From the NCBI GenBank assembly GCA_910592345.1, contig CAJVPI010000082.1:1-59173 (forward strand): a stretch of 59,173 bases of DNA, read 5' to 3'. Positions 1 to 15,348 of this stretch are shown piece by piece. Both the position numbers and the translations under genes were made by a program. Within the stretch, counting starts at the first letter, position 1, and each line of letters begins with the position of its first letter. This DNA is from Paraglomus brasilianum (taxonomy: Eukaryota). Under the pieces are notes generated by a model. It did not search any database, was not told where the DNA came from, and saw only the letters and a list, made by a program, of their open reading frames with translations.

Positions 1-180
1 AATCAATGTAAAAAAAATATACATAAATCAATCTTCAAATCCAAGGTTCAATCTAAAATTAGCAGTTATTTCACAAGCGAATAAAGAGTACAAGTAGTGT
101 TTACAACATTATTATCTAGCAGCTTGAGCACTTGCCCTGTTTATCCGCACATATGTTCTTCCCAAATATAACCTTCAGTT

Positions 181-270
181 TATAGAGTAACCCCGCCAAT
201 TCGAAAACCCTGATAATACGAAGAATAACTACTGCACTGATGTCTTCGGATTATCGGGGTTGACCTTGTA
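181..270. mobile_element. Short MITE-like element with imperfect TIRs and TA ends, abutting the PIF1 remnant
   Basis: Left end TATAGAGTAACCCCGCCAATTCGAA; reverse complement of right end TACAAGGTCAACCCCGATAATCCGAA. Internal CCCTGATAATACGAAGA pairs with TCTTCGGATTATCGGGG. It is a CpG-rich island in CpG-poor flanks. Confidence 0.45.
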
Positions 271-1268
271 TCATCATTGATGAAGTATCAATGGTGTTAG
301 CTGAATTGCTCCAGTATATCAGTACTATTTTTTCACAAATCAGGTCAAGTTCTATTCCATTTGGTGGAGTACCTGTTCTTCTTCTAGGTGACTTAGCCCA
401 ATTACCTCCAGTAAGTGGCACACCAGTATTTAAAGCTGCAATCTGGAGAGAATTTTTTCCTTTATTTCTTACTACTCCACATTGCCAAGGTCAAGACATT
501 CAGTTTTATCAATTGCTACAAGAATTATGTACTGGTCAACTGTCTGAATTTTCTCAAACTCTCATTCAACAAAAACTTACTTCACCCAAGACAGCCATTA
601 ATGCAATTGATACCACTCATCTTGTGGGCTATAAACACCTTGCATATAACATTAATTCATCTATATGCAATGCTTTACCTAGAGATGAAAAATATCCCAC
701 ACCAATATATTTCTCTGCTGAAGATTACATGAATGAGAGACAACTTGAAACAGGAGATTATGAGTCTCTTTTCTGTCATCATACAAATCTTCCAATAGAT
801 TTGACTCTTTGTATTGGAGCTCAGGTCATGTTCTTAAATAATACATTCTTTGTTAGTGGCCTTGCTAATGGTACTATTGGGGTTGTCACAGACATAACTT
901 ATGCTAATAACACTATTGAAGTGACATTTCCTACTTCAAGTGGTCTTACTGTGACTTCTATCCAACATGTGACCAATTTATTTTTAATTAATGGTGCACC
1001 ATGTTCTCGCACCCAATTTGCCCTCACTGTACATAAGACACAAGGGCTAACCCTACCCCATGTATCCTTATCAATTGATGGGACAATGTTTGCATGTGGG
1101 CAAGCTTATGTTGCCTTCAGCTGTGCAACATGCTGGGAAAAACTTGATTTGTCTGCATTTGAAGAGAATGAAATTCATGTAGATCAGGAAGTAATCAAAG
1201 ATTTCCACAATAATAAAATTTCCCTACTATATCATGTACTAAATTTTACTTCCAATTCAAACTCTTGA
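270..1268 (+). pseudogene. Decayed PIF1-family (SF1B) helicase, probably transposon-derived (Helitron/PIF1-type); N-terminal part missing
   Basis: In-frame Walker B IIIDEVSM begins at 270, with an in-frame TGA at 261. Motifs PFGG..LLGDLAQLPPV, LANGTIG, FALTVHKTQGLTL and GQAYVAFS are present. Several conserved Arg are replaced (HCQ, GAQVM, FSCAT); no Walker A; intronless; only one CpG. Confidence 0.8.
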
Positions 1269-2782
1269 TATATAATAAACCATTTGTGATATGTCCACTC
1301 TATCAAAGTTTTCCATGACATAAAATGTTGAACATAGAAACATTATCATAAGATTGATAATTAAAATTATTATCATCAATCACAATTTTTACAATGACTA
1401 CCCTGATTTGAAAAAAGAACATCTTTTATGCAACTTTGCTTTATTAAGATTCTTGTACAGCTCCCCCTTCTCCTGTGCTACCCACTAGTTAACTAATAAA
1501 AATTGCATAAAAGTCTCACTGGTGGCAAACGGTACTGCTGGGACAGTCATGTGTACATTCGATATCAGTTGCCATAATTTTTCCAGTGTTGAAGACCTCT
1601 AGTACGCCTCCTTTTGGATTTCAGTGATAACAGAGCTGACCAAGGAATGTAAAGTTGGGACCTATTATAAAAATAAATTAATTAAGTTGTGTGATGTTCG
1701 ATTTTTTTTTTTTCATCTTATTGTTATTCTGAGTTCCATTTTTCATATTCTATATGTATCTTATACAGCCAACGTTTACATTGGCAGTTACACCGACTAA
1801 TATCAAATAATAAAAATGATAATAATGATAATAGTCAAGATCAGAGTCGAACGTTCACAGCATAAGCTGTGGCCACGATGCGCTTTCGTTTCACTGATCA
1901 ATGTATACTATTCACCGCAAAAGCCGGAGAACACAATGTAATAGGAACCATATCCTATTCACCACTTGCAAACTGTGGCCACGATACGCTTTCAATTCTC
2001 TGATTTATACTTAGTGGCAGCGTAACTGACAATTCTACAATACTTAGTGAGATTCTCACCGGCATCTTATGTATGCGGGTATCCCGCGGTTTACGAGAGC
2101 CCTCCGTACATCCTCCCGTATTCGAACCCCAATGCAACGTCGAATCCTCTCTGTTATCACCGAATCCGTTTCTCTTCTTTTCTTCTGCTAAATTTGATTT
2201 AGATCAATCATAATCACCTTCTTTGTTTACTATAACGCTTGACATAACTTAATTCATACCTTCAAAAAAAAGAGAGAGCATATTCATTTCGGGAGACTAT
2301 TAGTTATTATTAAAAAGTAGACAATGAGATTAATTAAACCAAATAAGGTATATACTCACGTTAATAATAACAAAAAGCCATGCGCATGACACATCACGTT
2401 TATGATGCAGATTTTAAGAAACGATGTTATTGATACGACATTTTATTGGTGAGTTGCTTTGCGTCAATAACAAAAAGCCATGAACAAATTTAATCGTAAC
2501 AATGTCTGGTTTGTAAAGATCTAGTTCCTAATATGTCATGCGATTGTGTAAGGTGATCGACAGTGAAATGTGAATTGCGCTGTACTGGTAGTCATAACAT
2601 GCTTGTTTGCTAAGCTACTAATACTAACTATACCTGGAAGGAGGAAAGATTGCAAGCATATTAATATGTTAGTTGAAAATGTCAATTATCACTGCTATTC
2701 TTTCCCTCAATAATATTGACCATAACATAATAACAAGTCTTCACAGAACTCTGTCTGTTGATAAATCACACAATTAACAATG

Positions 2783-5700
2783 TCAATTTTGCTCAAAATC
2801 TAGGGAAGGTAGAAGGGGAAACTAGAATGAGATAAAACTGCTATATTATCAAGAGATAAAAGACAACTGAATGTAGCAGAGACATACCAAAAGACTCTAA
2901 TTCATCATCTATGATGAGATCAAGTTGTCTGGATTCTATGAATATGAAACAAAATATTAGTAAATATTGAATAATATCCTGATATTAAAGCCAGTGATAT
3001 AATAGGGAAGCAAAAGCATACCATAATTAAACTCGCCTAAAATCAAATAATTTAACAAGTATTAGTATGCATGATGTATGATGGTCAATATTCCTGTTCT
3101 GCTGTACATTACATTCATCATATATTGTATGGAAGCTTCATACCTGTAGTCATGTCAAATTCAATCTCACAACTATTACTTGGTTCAGGAAAATCCCCAT
3201 GTGGCAATACCTTGCTAGTATATTTGATTTCCTTCTCATTACGAGATAAATAATCAATATGGTGAGGATTATAAACCTTATCACCAAACCCATCTTTGTC
3301 AATGGCTTCAGCAAGACTATACAGAGACAAGTGCACTTGATCAGCAGTAGGACGTTTGTCAGGATCTGCATCACAACATTCAGCAGCACACACTTTATAT
3401 AATTCTGGTGCTGAAGAAGGCATTCTTGGTCGTAATCCATTGCAAATTTCTTTCACCAAAATAAAATCTTGTGGCTTATCTCTGAAAGGTGGCTCACCAG
3501 TAGCCATTTGATGCATCAAAATGCCAATAGCATAAATATCTGACTTCTGAGTAAACTTGCGAGTATGAAAGACCTCTGGTGCAACATATGGAAGAACACC
3601 ATAAACAGTTGATGAAAGTTCACCAGATAAATCTACTCGTCTGGTAAGACCAAGATCACATATAAATGATGTAAACTTATTCATTACATAGGCAGGTTGA
3701 ATACTGTTCTTGTTCAGTTCAACTACATGTTGATGAAAGAGTATATTGCCTGCATGGAGGTCACAATGTATCAATCCCATACGATGAATTTCTTTCAGAT
3801 TTGCTAAAATATGTATCAAAAAATCCACTTTCATTTTCCAAGTCAAATGGTTGATATTCTTGTTTAAATATGATATAAGATCACCACCTTCAGCATATTG
3901 TATGACCATCATATATTCTCCAGTTTCTGGCTGTTGTGTGATTCCATAAATTGGGAGAAAATTAACACCTCTTGATTTAACATGTTGTTTAATCTGTTTA
4001 AGGAAGTATATATTAGATCTCAACTTGATTGCCAATGTATCAACACATTAATATAACAGTATTACCTCATTAAAAAATGCATTTATCATTTGCCTGAAAT
4101 TTTTTAGACCCTTTAGAACAACATAAGTTGGTGTGGAGTCTGAATGAGGTTTAAAAGGGTTTCTCCATCTGGCTTGAAATACAATTCCATAACCACCAGC
4201 TCCTAATTCATGAATCTCATCAAAGTTATCATAATCTATCCAACCAAATGTATCTTCACCAAGAGTCAGTTTTGCAACTTGTGCAAATGTGACTATAGAT
4301 GCATGTAAGGTATAAAATACCAAAAAGTAGTCTGCACTTGATGGTTCTTGAGTAAAGCCAATAATCCAAATATTATCTGGACTTAATAAGTTTGGATAAT
4401 CTTTGAGTAGCTAAATAATTATAAATAATCCATTAATACTTTAACAAATAATATTTTATATTGCTGTTATTAATGTGTAAATCACTACTTACTTTATAGA
4501 AATCAAACAATTGAGCATTGGATCCATCAACTACTTTTTTAAGCATAACTCCTCTTGTCATTTGTCCAGCAGTTGTGCATACAGTCCAATTTGCTGCATG
4601 AGAGCAACCATGTTCCAATGATGGTGATGTCTTTATATTAGATAGCTGACCATATGGTATCCACTGTAAATAACTATCAGTTTGATGTGCCATTTTTTCC
4701 CATGACTCCATGATAAATTTGTCCAAAGATTTGTTGCCAGTAGTCCAATACACTGGCCTTGGTTGTTTACAAGTAGTGCAGAATACATCTGTTGATGGAT
4801 CAAGCTCATTGGCACAAGCCAAACATAATCCAAGTTTAGACACATCCCAAGTATATTGAAGCTTTACTAAAGCATACTTCTGCCAAACTGGATAATATGT
4901 AAATCCAACAGTAATCCAAGTGTCCTTGACAAGTATGTCAGGATTCTCTTCACATAACTAAAAAAAAATTACATTCATGTTGTTATTGTCAACTTGTGCT
5001 CACAATTGTAATAATTTGACTGATTCCACTAAAAGTCTTACCTTTTGATAATATAAATCGGATGTCTCATTCGAGATCTCGAGCGGAGTGACAGTCACAC
5101 TTCTGTCAGTATAAAGTCTTTGCGGAAATAATACTAATGCATTTTGTTGAACGTCGATTTTATCAGTTGACGGATTTTTGTCTGCAAAAGAAAAAATATC
5201 CACATCCTTAAAATCATAACGGAAAAGCCAGTCAAATGGAATCCATTCCAAATACGAGTCATTGGCCGTGTCGGTCTCTGCTTGTGACTTTCTAATAAAC
5301 TTATCTAATTTATCGTTGCCACTAGTCCAATGATTTGATAACTCTTTATGCCCGCAGATACACCATACTGGACTGCACCTGAGTTTTCCACATGCAGAAC
5401 AAAATCCATACAAGGAATAATAATGATAAAAACTCCTCTCGGCCACAAGAAAGTATTGATTTTCAGACTTCGTAAAACCCAGCATTAATATATTACGCAC
5501 TCTGAGCCACCTCTTATATCTTTTGAATTGTCTGTCATCCAATAGTTCTTCGTATTCATGCGTCGGAATTGAGTACTTTTTGGAAAGCTCTACGATAAAA
5601 TCATTTAAGGATTTATCTTTGGTTCCGAGAAGAGATAAGATTACGAATCTGTGTCCATATCTAGCATAGTAGATAGTATGGCTTGTATATTGCTCAATGC

Positions 5701-5863
5701 GTTTGATGTTTGTAAATTCCGAATAAGAGATCGATTTAAACTGCTGTTGACCTTCAGGTCCCGCGTACTTCGTTAATTTGTCAATAATGTCGCATCGTGA
5801 AAGAGTCTGGTCAATATTCACATTTTCAAGATCGGTAACTAGTGAATCCATATATGATGACAT
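2783..5863 (-). CDS. Multi-module tyrosine-kinase-like (non-RD) protein kinase, copy 1
   Basis: Exons read as 5863-5042, 4957-4493, 4410-4066, 3993-3144, then short exons 3036-3022 and 2935-2888 and a final exon ending near 2783-2793. Kinase motifs: GAGGYG, VVLK, FFNE, HCDLHAGN, DLG, YVAPE, SDIYAIG. N-terminal CxxC/WTSGN/EWIP modules. Confidence 0.85.
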
Positions 5864-6510
5864 TCTTGTGCAGAAGTATTATGGTATGGTAAGAATGAAA
5901 TAGAGAATCGATAAGGTACTTTTGTGTTACAGAAAATACTCTCTCTAAACCTTGTCACGGACTGTTGTCGTACGGTATTTATATCGTTTGAAATAAAAAT
6001 TTCTTTGAGGATTCGGGATTGGATGATAAACTGCAATTAATTAAGAGATGCATTAACCCTGCCAATAATAACTGTTCTGGGATCCATTCGGAATTATCAA
6101 TATTCGTTTCGATAAATTATATTATTGTAATTATTCTTACGCTGACCATGAGATTATACTTATTCCGAAGTGCGGTCATTTTTCTTAGATGGTCAATAAC
6201 TGCATATCGAATTCCGTAGGCCGTCCACTACGTGAGCATAATATAATACTCAAGCGGTTTAGCGTATTTTGTATGAACAAGCACTTCTCGAGTTCATAAC
6301 GCTAAGTGTGTTTATTATTAAATATATGTGGTTGGTTATCACCTGACTTCAGTCATAAGCCTCAAACAGTATTCATACAGCCAAATGATTATTGCCGGAG
6401 TAAACAAAAACGACAGGTAGTGTCATTGAAAATGATGGAAAGTTGAAAAGCTATCTATTGTGCAGGCGATATACACAAGTCAAACTCAGATTTGCAAACC
6501 GCATTATAAT

Positions 6511-7105
6511 TATAAGTGAAACTCGAGCCAATTTATTCGACTTATCCAGATTTTCGCTTAACCAAATTTCGCACTAAGCCGAATATATATATACATTTGC
6601 ACAAATTTTCGACTTACAATTCAACAGCATAAACTTTGTTAATTAATGGTAAAACGAAAGAATACTTGTTTGCTGCTGATGTTTAGTCTCAGTTATTCTC
6701 TTTAGTTAGATAAGAAAGTAATATCAACGTTGTCACAATCTTGACTAACATATAAAAGCAAAGAATTGACATGCTCGAGAGCTGATTTATGAGAAATGGA
6801 TTCTTGGATAAGCGATTTTTTTTTTATCGCGAGGGACTTTTATTCACAAAGGTATATCGATTTTTCCCAGCATCGCCATCAAAATTTTACGGATACATGA
6901 TTATTTCTATATTAATATGTAAGATTGGTGATCCAGGGGTAAATGATAAAATTGGTTGTTCGAAAACTTTCGGCTTATCTTTTAACGTAAATTACTAATA
7001 AATTTCGGCTTACGCTATAATAAAAATTTGGTAAACCAGAAAAAGTTCGGCTTAATGCAATTTCGGCTTAGCGTGGTTTCGTCGTCTTAACGAGTTTCAC
7101 TTGTA
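6511..7105. mobile_element. Non-autonomous Tc1/pogo-like MITE
   Basis: Left TATAAGTGAAACTCG (6511); right CGAGTTTCACTTGTA (7091-7105); TA ends. Subterminal TAAGCCGAA-like motifs lie on the left and TTCGGCTTA repeats on the right. Confidence 0.6.
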
Positions 7106-7383
7106 TTACGGTATCAGTTTCCCAGAAACAGGTGTGATTATAATGTATTACTTCATTGGGTGACAAACCTTCAATCATGTGGGATCAATACCAAGGACCC
7201 ATACCCGACAGACACCGAAAAGGGAGCGTAACTAATCCTAATTTGGCTTTATGGTTGTGTCTAATGTTACACATACTCCTACATGATTATCGGTTGGATC
7301 GATAGATATAAATAACCACAGACGATAGCAAGGACTCCCTCTGGACTTCCCTATCCATTGTGACTTTTGATAACAAATCCAAA

Positions 7384-8332
7384 ATGCCGAACCCACGTGT
7401 GTTTTTGGACGTTCAAATCAAGAAGAGAGATAACGTTTTGGACCAAGGAGTAAGTCATAGAACGTTTATAGCTGAAACTTGTTCATTCAATAGGAGGCGA
7501 AAGATGAAGTAGAGTGATGTCTAAATAATATTGATATTGATGATATTCATTGTGTTAAATACCATTTTATTGGTTACTAACATACGATCAACTGGAATGA
7601 ATCCTTCAGAGGATTGTACTCGAGCTACGCGCTGATGTTTGTCCGCGAACAGGTACTCATCGGTTTTACTATCCAGCGCATATCCTAGCACTTGCCTATT
7701 GCTCAAAACACAAAGCTTTATTCTACATCCTAACCTGTTCACAATCTCCACTTCTACTCAGCCGAGAATTTCCGTGTCCTATGTACTAGGGAACCTGGGG
7801 AAGGATACAAAGGCTCTTCTTTCCATCGTGTCATTAAAGACTTCATGATTCAAGGGGGTGACTTTACGGCGGGTAATGGTACCGGAGGCAAATCAATTTA
7901 TGGCAATAAATTCGAAGATGAAAACTTTATTTTGAAACATACTGGTCCTGGTGTGTTAAGTATGGCGAATGCCGGAAAGAATACGAATGGTTCTCAATTC
8001 TTTATTTGTCTTAAACAGACAAGTTGGCTTGATGGTGCCCACGTAGTGTTTGGACATGTTGTTGAAGGTCAGTAACGAAAAAAGGATTTGGGCCAGGACT
8101 TAGCGTAGAAGAGGAAGAAATAGATGTTAAACAGTATCTACGATATGGATCAATCTGTATCTAATGCTTGATATTTATCTGACTTGTATGGAAAACACCC
8201 TATCTTACATATTATAACTTGAATGATTTAGGGATGAATGTTGTCGAACGAATAGGCGAGTATGGCACTGATAGTGGAAAACCAGCTAACGGTGCAACCA
8301 TAATCATCGCCAACTGCGGCCAACTCCCTTAG
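7384..8332 (+). CDS. CPR1: Cyclophilin A-type peptidyl-prolyl isomerase
   Basis: Exons 7384-7449, 7610-7652, 7762-8067 and 8232-8332 splice to [10 protein letters not shown]...[23 protein letters not shown]...[34 protein letters not shown]...NTNGSQFFI...[10 protein letters not shown]...IANCGQLP. Confidence 0.93.
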
Positions 8333-8447
8333 TATTAACGCTCTTAGGGTTTGAATACGTACTTAATATGATAATGGCATCATTCATATAATAAAAACCA
8401 GTTAACAATTGTCAATCATTCGAGAAAATTATTGGAGACAACAACGA

Positions 8448-12830
<4,383 letters not shown>

Positions 12831-13065
12831 TTGTTGAACGTGGCGCAGATTATTTTTATCAATTTCATTACTTTTGTATCACAATCATTTACTAGATGGG
12901 ATTGTTCTTTACCAGTATTTTTGTATGACTCTTGTGCGGGATACTCGTAAGAGAGTGGATAAATTTCAAATGCATTAATCTGCCACTGATATGAGTCATC
13001 GCCCTAGGTACAACGCTCATTCATACTCAGATAAGCGGAACGCGTTTGACCATGAGTAAGCATAC

Positions 13066-13860
13066 ACCACAAATACACCACGGAGTCTTTCACATGTAGA
13101 GCAGAAACTACACAAAGAATAATCTCAACCACAAGAAAATTGCCTAGTAAAACCTATTATCAGCTTCGTTGCTGCGAACCATTCATATCTTCTGAAATTA
13201 TTGATTTTCGGTGTATCTATATGTGTATCTGTTGGAACAGAATATGTTACAGAAAGCTCTTCAATTAAATCATTTAACGTTTTATCTCTATTTCCAAGAA
13301 CGATCAAGATTACAAATGCTCAATATGCTTAACATCCGTGAATCAGTAGGTATTGATTTAAGCTGCGAGGATGGAAATGGAAACCGAAGGTTCAAGTATT
13401 CAATTAGTTAGTCAATCACACTCACTTTCAAGATCGTATAGCTAACGACACTATCGGCATGCTCATATCTCCGCAGTTGTTCGAAACGAACTACCAGACT
13501 TTTCTCCCACAACGTTTCGGTCCCGATCATTTTTAAAAATCCTCCGTGTTTGCAGTTCCATATTCAGCATAGAGCGACTGAAAGATTGAAATTATGCATG
13601 TGGAAAGACAGAAACGTGAGATTTGTGAGCGAAGCATAATAGCAAACTAACTGTTCAATAAGAAATTCATACTTGCTTATAGATCGCTCTACTGTTAACA
13701 GTTAAAAATTTCATAAGCGTTGTAGATTCATTTGTTGCCCGCAAGACCTATTTTTTCAATCACCTTGACGATAACGACTACTAACAATGTTAATCAACGG
13801 AAAAATCTAGCAAGATCCTTGTTGGTAGAGAAGGATTGTTTAGCTTTTGCTTTGCTGGCA
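13066..13860 (-). pseudogene. Truncated, frameshifted copy of exon 1 plus upstream region of kinase copy 2
   Basis: LGNRDKTLNDLIEELS.TYSVPTD..TPKINNFRRYEW is near-identical to 17990-18100, with deletions. 13805-13855 matches the upstream sequence 18460-18505 (GCAAGATCCTTGTT...GGAT.GTTTA.CTTTT). Confidence 0.85.
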
Positions 13861-15348
13861 CTGGTAACACCCAGGACTTTTAAAACAAAGATGACCCCCT
13901 GAATTCAACGCGTGTGCTCGAATTGTGTTACAGTGTGTTGCTGAGAATTTTTTTTCGATCTAGATCTAAAATAGGAAATGATCACGATTATCAAGAGTAG
14001 ATTTTTGGCTGGCTGGCCCAACTCGCGCTCGCAACATAAAAAAACAACTCTCGGTCACCCACTCTCACTCGATCGTTCACTCTCGATATAAAACAGTATA
14101 AAGCCAGGTTCTCATCAGCTGAGGATGAATTATTAAAAAAAAAAAAAGGCCAAGAAAGATTACCACTGAGGCTTCGCGGTCGCCGAGATTGTTCAATTCC
14201 TACCAGAACTTTGGCGACAAAATTGGAAACGAATGGTATCCACTCCACAATTTCAAGACACCTTGCGCGAGTCGAAAAGTCTTCCCAAGGCGACTCCTAT
14301 GCTCACAGAGGTCCACAAACAAAGACGTATGGAGGGGCTCATGACCATCTAAACGACAGTTGGAAAAAGACTTTTTTTGCTGATAAGACGGCATTTCAAC
14401 TGTTCTGAAACACGACGGAACGGTGGCATAAGGGCACGACCAGTTCGCCCTATATGCCGAAAGGCCGAACAAAAATTATGGCATGGGGAGAGTTTTGTGT
14501 GAAAGGCAAATCGTTCTTGTGTTTGAGCTCTGTAAAGGCAAATTTCCATTTTGGACTTAAATCCGAAAAGCAATAATGCGTCGTCGATTTACGTTATCGG
14601 ATATTACAAACATACCACGTTCTGTCTAAAGTTTCAAAGAAACATGCAATTGTTTGGAAACAAATACAAACATATAAAAATATAGGAGAGCCTTTTCCCT
14701 TGTTGAAATTCGAAGGCCTCCCTGCGAAATAGTGTTCAGCAAGTAGTTTTTATTTGACAAACATTAAATTAGCGTGTTAAAACAGTCCAGTGTAGATACT
14801 TTGTTGCAAAGTCAAGCCATTGGCAGCCAGCGGATCATGGATAGTTAATATTAAATATATATCAATAAAATTATGTTGCTTTCTAGCTTCCAAACAAGCC
14901 TTTATTCAAGAAATTTAAGGTACAACAGCGAAATTTTTCATTCTCGTTTTTTTTTTTTTTTTTTTTTTTTTTTTGTGCAACACACTGTATACACATAACG
15001 ATGAGTTTATCGTGTATGATTTGAAATGTAATATAATGAACCCCTCGCAATGAATTTAACGATCGCTTCGTTATGTGCGATATGTCTCGATTATTGTTGA
15101 AGTTCCAAATCAACGAGCAGGATATCCGCTTGTAAAAGAGGACTTGCTTTCTTCTGTTTAATCAAAATCACAGAACTTTTGGTTTAATAAATAACAGTTT
15201 CACATGCAATATTATCAATACCATCAACTCAACGTCATTCTCATACACTAAAATATAAATGCCAGTGCTTTATCCTACGTTTTCAGAAGTCTAAGGACAT
15301 GAATGACGATTAGTATTTCTCATGACTTATGAACTTAAACGGCTAATA

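Noticed and set aside
7521..7751. Minus-strand 76-aa ORF in the cyclophilin locus
   Set aside because: It is antisense to cyclophilin exon 2 and its introns; the plus-strand splice explains the region.
14111..14118. CTGATGAG on the minus strand (hammerhead ribozyme core)
   Set aside because: No downstream stem II plus GAAA could be found.
14947..14974. T28 run as a retroelement poly(A) tail
   Set aside because: No target-site duplication or SINE/LINE body is recognisable; treated as a simple homopolymer.
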